NCBI GenBank assembly: GCA_043228905.1
Contig: JBHGNT010000004.1
Coordinates: 13,578,001 to 13,642,000, forward strand
Source of the DNA: Azolla caroliniana
Lineage: Eukaryota > Plantae > Polypodiophyta
Length of the DNA: 64,000 nucleotides
Reading direction: 5' to 3'
The notes under the pieces are model-generated. The model ran no database searches, was not told where the DNA came from, and worked only from the letters and a program-made list of their open reading frames with translations. Both the position numbers and the translations under genes were made by a program. Shown here piece by piece: positions 53,976 to 64,000 of this stretch (the stretch's first letter is position 1; the number at the start of each line of letters is the position of its first letter).

Positions 53976-55835
53976 CCGTTACCTAGACAGCACATTCCTC
54001 TTTTAACAAAGCATGATAGTCCACTAGGGGGGACCATTGCATTAAATGCACCAATCATTTATCAAAAAACACAAGAACTTTAGCCAACAATACATTGCAA
54101 TGTTCCGGTAAACAAAATACTACATCATAAAACCCTCATGGTCCTGCATATATATTCTCAACACTATTTAGTGACACAATTGTGTTCAACCATCGTTTAA
54201 TCCAATCAATGTATGCGAGTTTCTCGATAAAAAATAATATCACCGCACGATCATAGAATACGTCTAAAAGATTGAAACATTGCTTTAGCATCAAATTCTG
54301 CATCATGCACATCCTCATCAATGCATTCTTTCGCTTTATTTTCATTTTATTCCACAATATCAAACAACAAGGTATTGGCAATTCCCCATAAAGTATCTCA
54401 ATTACAATGATCCTTTCTTCTCGTACGGACCACCAAATTTGGCTTGCTATATCTCGTTACGAAGGTCTAATTGAGGGCTTTCTAATGCTTATCTTTGCGC
54501 CCAATTCCATTGTCGATAGAGAGGGTAGCAACAAAAACAAATCCATCCTTACCGCTCCCTTCATTAGGAACCTCTTTAGTTGAAGGACAATGATGATGGC
54601 ATTTCGCCGTAAAGTGACCCCATTTAGCACATCCAAAACAATGACCTGCAAATGCCTCCCACTTCAATTTAAAACAAAGTCTTTTCATATTAGGTGTGTT
54701 CATACGCACCCATCCTGGCGTTTTACAACTTGTATCCCATAACACACAAAATTTGCGCTTGTTTGTAGCATTTGCATGTGGAGGTACCAACACTTTACCC
54801 ATTTGACTCATCAACTCTAGTCAAAGTGGGCATAAAAAAGCATGCTTACAATCCATTGTTACCTAGACAAGGCATTCTTGTTTTAACAAAGGATGATGGT
54901 CCACTACAGGGAACCATTGCATTACATGCACCAATCGTTTATCAAAAAGCACAGGAAGTTTAGCCAACAATGCACTTCGAGCACCTCCCCAAAGTCCAAT
55001 CAACAAATTTTCATAACAAATATAGTAGCCTATATGTTTCTAGATAATAGAAAACCAATGGAGTTAGGCACTTTGCCAAAAAAAATTACAAGATAATACA
55101 ATCAGTTCTCCACAATTCTAGCAACCTATGCAAAGTTTATATTCCACAATTCTCATCCACCATGTACTAAATTTTATGCTAATGAGATGGAGAAAAATGA
55201 TGACAGAGGAACGTAGTTCAGGAATTTTTATTGTACAGGGAATATAAATAATTCCCTGAGCTACTAGAAGAACCGCGGCAAGGAAAGGAAAAGAGTAATG
55301 CAGTTATTCTACTTTTATCATTGAAGAAAAGTAAACTGTTTCCCAAGATACTAAAGGGACTACAACATGGAAAACAAATTATTAATGCAGTCATGGCAAT
55401 TTTCTCATACATGAAATTCAAACATCTCATATGTAGAATTTTCAACAATATGATATCATAAAATCTAAATTTCGAAATTCACCTACTTGAACTCTCTTTT
55501 TTTCATTTTCTTCCACAATATCAGACAACAAGTTATTGCAATTCCCCATAAAGTATCTCAATTACAACGATCCTTGTCAACCTCATCTACATGTATTATT
55601 TCGGCATGTCATTTTTTTCTCATTAATTTCCTCAATTCCCTTAAACCTCTTAGAGCATCGGGTGTCTTCCCTTTCATGATTACATTCAACCATCACGTTA
55701 CTCTTTTTTGGATAAATTGTTTCCATATCGGTATCCCCCACAGTTTGTGAGGAATTCATGTTTATATCCATTATTCTTGATGTGATTTCGATCCGTGATA
55801 AAAAACAAATTTCCATGAATAAGAGAGACGATCGG

Positions 55836-55850
<15 letters not shown>
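53976..55850 (-). pseudogene. Tandem L1 ORF1-derived fragments
   Basis: MGKVLVPP..., GHCFGCAKWGHFTAKC; 55540-55830 repeats 45501-45800; AT-rich insert about 55020-55490. Confidence 0.65.
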
Positions 55851-55879
<29 letters not shown>

Positions 55880-55884
<5 letters not shown>

Positions 55885-56145
55885 GGTTGTTGAACGCCCT
55901 ACACCCTCCTCCTCCTTGAGATGGAATTGCTTCATATTGATATCATGGCCATGGAAAGGGTTGTTGAATACATGCTTAAGGTTCAAAAAAGTCCCTCACA
56001 TCGACTTCCTAGAATTGCATGGGAAGCAAGCAAAAAGATCCAAAAGACGCATAAAAGCAAAATTTTGTGTTCCAGTTGGATGCAAGATATAGAAAAATGG
56101 TTTGGTAGATGGGATGCGAGACACTTGCTTCATAATGCATCACTA
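55880..56145 (+). pseudogene. Possible C-terminal fragment of an RTE-like LINE ORF
   Basis: LLLEMELL...YMLKV...RLPRIAW...W..DI.KW pattern only; no catalytic motif. Confidence 0.35.
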
Positions 56146-56495
56146 ACACCAGGTCATTTGAAACGGGTAATATGTCGCAATTTTAAGAACAGTCCATCCA
56201 AAAAAAAGCACAAAGTAGGTCATTTCACAAAAAGGACCATCGCATGTGTAAAGGGTTTTGGAAATTGAATCAAAATATATTGATTTATACCATGTCCAAA
56301 AGTTTAGGGCTGTCAAAAAGTGCCCCTAATAATTGACATGTGAAATTTACAAGAGAACGTACAAAAATTACAAAATGACTAACATGTATATTTATACATA
56401 TTTTTGAATCGCCATATTGATGTAACATACAATATTTACATTTCATATATGAGATCCATCACTTCCCAGAGATACGCCTTCCCTTGAGACCCACC

Positions 56496-58408
56496 CTATG
56501 AACTAGAAGAGCTTTGTGAGGTCTCATCCTCATCATCACTAGCAAGCAATGCATTGTCTTCATCCAATTGCAATCCAACGTCACCGTGATTATGAGACGT
56601 ACTCCTTGTTCTTCTCTGTGTTGCGTCAACAAACACATATGGGATCTTCTCTTTTATTATCTTGATTGTAGTCTGTCTTAGATGGCCTCTTTTGGTCAAG
56701 GAGAAGTCATACACGAGTATGTTGACATTATCAAGGGCTAGAGTAGACGTGCTTGGTAGATTCTTTCTTCTCCGCTTTCTACTTGTGCCTTCGACATCCT
56801 TAACCATATCTAAAGAGTACTTACAAGTAAATGCATCTTTGGAAGAGGTATGATACGAATGAACCACAATAGATTTTACTTGATTGCCTTCATCATCCTT
56901 AATAATTTCAATGATTTTGTCAATCTAGAAGGGATGGCCCAACTTATCACTCCCAGCTAATGTTACAACCAACATACCAACTTGTAGCTCATATAGATTG
57001 CCTTGCCACTTGGCCTCTACAACATGCGATAATCTTGGTCCCACGTAAATATCTCTTTGTCGTGGACGAACTAGATTATTAATTCAAGATTATCTAGTGG
57101 TTGTAAAGGAGTCGAATTGATTTTGTAGTGGCCAATACCTTGTAAAGTGGTTATCTAATATTGTATCTTGATGATTAAAGAAGACATCCCACCAATCCAC
57201 ATCCTAATCACCAATGTACTTTTTCGTTCGCTCAATATTTTTCTGTTTTTCCTCAAGGCACTGCATCCAATATATCTTTTTCTCTTCAATTGAACTACCA
57301 ACAACCAATCTTTTATGGTCGTCATAGGGCATTTGCTCAGCACCATAGATTATTGCATCTGGGAAATGCAATAAGAGCCTACATCCGTCTTGTGGCTCCC
57401 ATTGCGAACTAGATGAGTATTGTTTGGCATACATCAAGGTCTGGTTGTGACCAACCCCAATTTTTTGGATGAGGAAGATGTGGTTAAAACTTATATTATT
57501 AAGTAGAGCAAGAACCCTACATCTAGTCCCATCACCATCCACACAAAAATGTTTGAAATCATATACTTCATCTAAATGTTGCACATCTAGTTTGGGGGTA
57601 TAAGCTTTATCGATCAACCTTGATAGCATAGGAAATGATAATGTGTATGACCAACCAGCAAGAAGTTGACCTTAATCTTTTTGAAAATACCCTTGTCTAC
57701 CAACATGCTCAAATAACCAAACACAGTTGAGTTCTTGTTTTCTCTGGCTGTGTTGTCAAGTTGCACGTATAGTACTGGTGGGACTAAACCTTGCCAACTC
57801 TGTTGAACTCTTTGCATGTCTGTCACTGTAAGATTAGGGTCGTTGTGGATATTTGCATAAGTTAGGAACACTTGATTCCTTATTGTCTGACAATACAGAA
57901 GACATCCTACTAAGTGCATCTGCACTAGGCATTCATCTCCAACATCCTTGGGCAACCTTCGAAAATGTGGCAACATCCTTGGGCAAGTTAGGAACACTTG
58001 AGGCCTTATTGTCGGACAATATAGAAGACATCCTACTAAGTGCATCTGCACTAGGCATTCATCTCCAACATCCTTGGGTAACCTTCGAAAATGTGGCAAC
58101 ATCCTTGGGCAAGTTAGGAACACTTGAGGCCTTATTGTCTGACAATACAGAAGACATCCTACTAAGTGCATCTGCACTAGGCATTCATCTCCAACATCCT
58201 TGGGCAACCTTCGAAAATGTGGCAACATCCTTGGGCAAGTTAGGAACACTTGAGGCCTTATTGTCTGACAATACAGAAGACATCCTACTAAGTGCATCTG
58301 CACTAGGCATTCATCTCCAACATCCTTGGGCAACCTTCGAAAATGTGGCAACATCCTTGGGCAAGTTAGGAACACTTGAGGCCTTATTGTCTGACAATAC
58401 AGAAGACA
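56496..58408 (-). pseudogene. Sola/DUF7869-like DNA transposase remnant
   Basis: LPHF..PKD..HLVG, LYVQLDNTARENKN, VNFLLVGHTH motifs; deletion/frameshift after GHTH; downstream ORFs 57204-57629 and 56496-56867; TIRs not identified. Confidence 0.65.
57859..58408. repeat. 126-bp tandem array, about 4.4 copies
   Basis: Unit starts at 57859, 57985, 58111, 58237, 58363; near-identical. Confidence 0.95.
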
Positions 58409-58448
58409 ATATAGAGAACTGTTATTTTCTGAATAGAGTTTTGTGTCT

Positions 58449-58480
<32 letters not shown>

Positions 58481-61400
58481 CCGCGCACTGTGTATATTCA
58501 AGCTCTCCATTAAACCTACATATTTTTCTGTCTTCAGTTTTCTACTTGCTTTCGCACGTTATTCTTTACATGGCACCAGAGCGAGGTTGAGAGCCTCTAC
58601 AGCCAACATAGCTTGAAAAGAAAACCAACCAAGAAGAACAGGTAAAAACCGATGGATAGAGGCATGGCTAGCTCGCTTCCGACGGAGAAGCTCGATAGAA
58701 ACAACTACGCATCTTGGTCCTACAAGATGCACCAGTACCTGCTCGGGCACAGTTACCCGAATCGACACACACAGATTTCCCGGTGTGGGAACAGTCGGCG
58801 AGTAGAGTACTGTATTGCTTCGCGTCTTGCGTGGCTGAACAACTCCTAAGCTAGATTCGGGATGCAAAAATGCCGAAAGATGCTTGGGCACCAGTACCTG
58901 CTCGGGCACAGTTACCCGAATCGACACACACAGATTTCCCGGTGTGGGAACAGTCGGCGAGTAGAGTACTGTATTGCTTCGCGTCTTGCGTGGCTGAACA
59001 ACTCCTAAGCTAGATTCGGGATGCAAAAATGCCGAAAGATGCTTGGGGAAATTTGAAGAAGATTTTCGCCACAAGCACTATAGCCAGGAAGCTTCAACTC
59101 CGACAAGAGCTGAGCAACCTACAACAACGCGACTTCTCGGTGGCAGATTACACCTCCAAAATCAAGGACATTTGCGACTCTGTGGCCTCCATCGATATGA
59201 ATATCGAAGAAGCCAATATGGTGCAAATTTGTCTCAGAGGTTTGGCGTCAAAGTTCGGATCGTTCCGAACTATTGTGTGTACAAGGGAGAATACACCGTC
59301 ATTTTTCGACTTACAGTCGATGCTCCTTGTGGAGGAGAACCACGCCGATGTGTCAACAAGTGCACCCACCGACAACTGGATGTTGTACACAGAGGCAGAT
59401 CGGCCCCGTGGGAGTGGTGGATGAGGCGGGTCGGCTCGCAATGTTAGCAACCGGCAAGAGCAGGACCGAAGGCATAGAGAACGTGCCGACAATAGTTCTG
59501 GACCCTCCACAAGCAAGAGGAGTCAAGGCAGCGCCGGAGGCCAGCATGCAAAGGCCGACACGGAATGTTGGTACTGTGGTAAAAAGGGCCACAGAGAAAG
59601 CGAGTGCTGGAAGAAGCGCGCCGATTGGGACAGGTTTGGATGCGGCAAAGCCAGTAGAGAGAATCGGCAATACTCGCACTACGCAGAAGAATCGGGAGGA
59701 TCCAAAACCGGAAAAGCCTTGGTGATGAAACATGAGGCTAACCCGATGAAGAAGACCAGTTCCAAATCTCAGCAAGTGTGGTACGTTGATTTCCGTGCGT
59801 TGAATCACATGACGAGGCACAAAGAGTGGTTCTCTTTCTTGGAGAAACCGGAACAACAAGGAGTCGTCGAAACCGGAGACGACACTCCTCACCCAATCAT
59901 GCATATCGGAGAAGTCCCTTTGAGCCACATCGGACAAAAGGGGAAGTTGATGAACGTATTGCATGTTCTGACTATCATGAAGAACCTGGTGTTAGTCGAT
60001 CAGGTCATTGACTAGGGGATGCAGGTGCGGTTTACGCACTTTGGGTGCTTCATCGAGGAAGAGGGCCAGATTATTGCGCAAGGGCGAAGAGATGGGAGGA
60101 TGTTCATCCTAGACACCAATGACGTCGGAACCTCTTTGTTCGCCAAAGGACAGAAGATTGAATTGGATATTGATCTCTGGCACAAGCGGATTGGCCATGT
60201 CAATTACCGGAGGCTTCAAGACCTACAAAAGAAACATGTTGTTTTCGGTTTGCCGAAGTTCATTGGCTAGAAGGCCAAAATATGTGAAGCCTGCCAACTC
60301 GGGAAGCAACACTGGCTTCCATTTCCCACCGAACAAAACCGTAGCCGTAACAAGCTCGACCTTATTCATTCGGATGTATGGGGACCAACAAAGAACGTTA
60401 GTCTTGGCGGGAGTCGGTATTTCGTCTCCGTCATCGACGACTACAACCGACACACATGGATCTACCTCATTGAACGAAAGAGCGAAGTCTTTGAGTGTGG
60501 CCGGAACCTGCAAAGCCTTGTTGAACGGGAAACGGAGAGGAAGATCAAGTGCCTGCGGTCGGATGGCGGAAAAGAATATTTATACGACAAAAAGGAATTC
60601 GGAGAGATTTCAGCTACAGATACACACCGGAGCAAAACGATGTGGCCGAAAGGAAGAACCGGTTGATTGTCAACGCGGCAAGGGCAATGTTGGAGGAGAA
60701 GAGCATGCCCCATTTCTACTGGGCAGGGGCGGTGGGCAGGGGCGGTCCGGATGGTCATCTATATCCCAAACCGGATCGGTGACAAGGTGTCCGCGCATGA
60801 GCTGTATTTCGGACGCAAGCCGAATTTGAGACACCTTCAGATATTCGGTAGCATTGCATATGTGCATGTGCTGGATGAGAAGCGGAGGAAGTTGGATGCA
60901 AAGTCAGAGAAATGCATCCTTGTCGGTTACTCGCATGAGCAAAAGGGGTATAGGTGTTATAACCCCCGGACGAAGTAGGTCCGAATTAGCCAAGATGTTG
61001 AGTTTGATGAGACGGCATCATGGTATGCCTTACCAGCTCCGACTTCCGACCCCAACCCAATACCGAAGGATGAGGCTATTGAGCTTGAACCGGTCCAGAT
61101 AGAAGATGAAGAACTCGGCACTCTAGAAGAGAGCCCGATCTCATTTCGGTTAAGTGGACCGAATGAGCGGCTGAATCGGGATGCCCAGTCGGATGAGGAA
61201 CCGGCGAGTAATGGAGACTCTGTCGTGCTCTCCCCATGCAAGGAACCGAGGAGACGGTTCACTCGCAAAAAGAAAGGGAAGAAGAAGATGTCGGAATATG
61301 AAACCGGCAACGTTGAGATGGATCGGAGTGAATCCTACTCCGGAAAGGATGAAGGTGGATCTTCGAGGATGAAGTCCGAACCAACAAGAAGGGCCTTAAA

Positions 61401-63715
61401 CCGGGTAACGATAACTTACGCCGGTCTTCCTGCCTGAAGAACCCCATGACACGGTACGGGTACAATGAGTACATGGCGCATCACTATGCATACATGACCA
61501 AGGTGGCGGAGGTGCGTGAGCTGGAGAGCTACGCAGAAGCGGCAAAGGACGCAAATTGGCATGCCGCTATGGAGGAGGAAATGCGGGCACTTGATGCCAA
61601 TGACACATGGGACCTAGTTGGCTCTCCCCGACACTGTAAACCGATCGGATGTAAGTGGGTGTACAAGGTAAAGTACAATGTCGATGGTTCGGTTAACTGG
61701 TACAAGGCCCGTTTAGTGGAGAAGGGATATGCGCAGACCCACGGAATCGACTACGACGAGACCTTCGCTCTGGTAGCGAAGATGACGACGGTTCGTGTGG
61801 TGTTGGCGGTTGTTGCGGGAAGGGGGTGGCATCTTCACTAGATGGACGTGAAGAATGCATTTCTTCAAGGCGATCTTGAAGAAGAGGTCTTTATGACCCA
61901 ACCTCCCGGTTTCCAGACGGAGATAAATAAGTCGGCGGTATGCCGGCTGAAGAAGTCACTTTATGGCCTGAAGCAAGCCCCCCGAGCTTGGAATGCAAAG
62001 GTCACGCACCGGTTGCGTAAGATGGGGTTTGTGGCCTCCAAGTCTAACTCTTCGTTGTTCATCCGGCAAGGTCTGAACGGTCCGGTTTGCATCTTGTTGT
62101 ATGTTGATGATTTAGTCATCACCGGACCCGGACTCGATGAAATCAGCCGAATCAACTCCTAGTTGTCGGACGCATTTGAGATGAAGGACCTGGAGGACCT
62201 TCACTATTTCCTTGGGATCGAGGTGATCCGAACCCCCAATGGCATACTGCTCTCACAAAGATACTATGTGTTGAGTATGTTGTACAAGTTCGACATGACA
62301 GAATGCCGACCGATCTCCACACCCCTGGACCGGAACCAGAAGCTCCGTCCTGACTCCGAATAGGCCAGTGATGAGAAACGGTTCCGACCAGTCGTCAAAA
62401 GCCTGATATACTTGACAATCACTTGACCCGACCTCAGTTACCCGGTCGGAGGGATCAACCAGTTCATGTAGAAGCTGACCATCGAGCACCTTCAGTGCGC
62501 ACATCGGATACTCTGGTATGTGAGCGGCACAAAGGACCGGGGACTGTTATCTCAGCATGGTATAACCCAAGAGCTAGTCGGCTACACCAATGCCGACCAG
62601 GCCAACGATGCATCAGATCACCGATCCACCTCCGGCTATATGTTTTCCCTTGGTAGTGCGGTTGTTGCGTGGAGCAGCAAAAAGCAGCCAACAGTGGCCC
62701 TTTCGAGCACTGAGGCTGAATACCAGGGCGCTACCTTTGCCACTTGTGAAGCCCTTTGACTTCGGCAATTGCTGCAAGACCTGCAGATCGAGGTGCCGAC
62801 CCTGATCCTGATCTACTGTGACAAAATAAGAAGCATGCAGCTCGCCAAGAACACCATATTCCATGCTCACACGAAGCACATTGAAGTGCACTACCACTTC
62901 GTGCGTGAGTGTGTCCTGAGCGGTGAAGTCAAACTTCAGTATGTTTATACGGATCGGCAAGTTGCCGACATCTTCACCAAACCGCTCGGATCAGACAAGT
63001 TGCAGCACTTCACCGAAATGCTTGGTGTTCAGCATCTCGACGTGTCACACTTGAGGGGGAGAACAGGCAAAGACACCATAATGAGCAAAGGCAAAGAAAC
63101 TGTCGATTGTGTCGGTGAGGGAAGAACCGACAAAGGAAGTTGACACATCCGAACAAGTCGGAACAAGCGGCAGCAATGGCAGAGTCAAGAAGGACAAAGC
63201 TGACCAGAAGAAGAAGGCCAAGACCCGAACATGGTTCGATTTGGTGAAGGGCCTAGAACCAGAAGACGAATCGGGAGCGACTAATTCGGACAAGAGCTAG
63301 AACGAATCGGAGACAATCAATTCGGTTCAACAGATGGATTCCGAAGAACTGGAACAATTCAAGGCCAAGAGGACGAGAAGGCAGCCAAAGTCGACGCCAT
63401 CACGAAGGAATTGGCGAATCGACAAGTGTCGAAGTCACAACAGCGAGGGAGCTGACTTGGGCCTATTGAGTAGACAAGCCGACTGAGGAGGTCAAGGTGC
63501 GCAGAAACAGAAGGGTCGCGGCAAATGGGACCGGACCGGACGAGGAGCGCGAGCGAGGCGGAGTGACGCCAGAAGGAGCCGGGTGGAAGGACCGGCTCCC
63601 ATGGAGACTGACACTACGATCCGACCTCAAGTTGAGCTTGAGGGGGAGTGTTGAGCGGCAAGCTCAACCGGATACGGATTGACTAAATAAGCCTGAGCCA
63701 GATCAGTGAGCCGGT
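58409..63715 (+). mobile_element. Degenerate Ty1/copia (element H), related to C/D
   Basis: 5' LTR remnant ending TTTACA 58570, PBS TGGCACCAGAGC, gag EKLDRNNYASW, INT, RT YVDDL, RNase H, PPT TGAGGGGGAG, 3' LTR from 63649. Confidence 0.9.
58729..59046. repeat. Exact 159-bp tandem duplication in copia H gag
   Basis: 58729-58887 equals 58888-59046. Confidence 0.92.
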
Positions 63716-64000
63716 TGTCAAGATTCGAACTCTTAACATAACCATGTTATAATCGAGTGTTATGTGTTAACCACACATCTAGCATATAATCATGTATATA
63801 CTTCCTCATTGTAGGTTTTAGCTAGCATCATGTGCATAATTTCTCCCTTGTATTATTAACACTTGGCACATGCATGCGTACCTACTACCTACATGCTCTA
63901 TATATCACATGCATGCAACAGGTATGCATGCCACTTAGTATAAATAGTTGAGGTCACCTTCAAGGTATTCAAGGTGAACAACGCCAGTCATGGACATATC
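63716..64000 (+). repeat. Probable nested chromovirus-type LTR running off the window
   Basis: Starts TGTCA; antisense B-box GATTCGAACT; TATAAATA followed by CACCTT...AAGGTGAACAACGCCAGT as in family B LTRs. Confidence 0.55.

Noticed and set aside
55020-55490. AT-rich insert as a MITE
   Set aside because: No TIR or TSD visible
57859-58408. CRISPR-like array or repeat protein gene
   Set aside because: No unique spacers, eukaryotic context, unit is transposase coding sequence

Overview
Gene-free, eukaryotic, plant-type heterochromatic window. The CCCTAAA repeats, tRNA-iMet primer sites and element types suggest a moss or other seed-free land plant (inference). It consists almost entirely of nested and decaying transposons: three Tcn1/Tf1-like chromovirus (Ty3/gypsy) elements plus rearranged copies, a non-chromovirus gypsy, a tandem pair of copia elements sharing one LTR, a very young copia with identical LTRs, a further copia, L1-type LINE remnants, a Penelope-like RT, and a Sola/DUF7869-like transposase remnant with a 126-bp tandem array. 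No host gene was found. The most striking signals are: (1) tRNA-like Pol III A/B-box cassettes, antisense near the 5' end of the LTRs of several otherwise dissimilar gypsy families; (2) covarying Tf1-type self-priming sites; (3) a covarying -1 frameshift stem/pseudoknot; (4) strong enrichment of the palindrome TAGTACTA in one family; (5) a Penelope-like element without a C-terminal endonuclease; (6) telomere repeats patched into a copia; (7) large inverted repeats. All coordinates and counts were made by eye and family names are motif-based.
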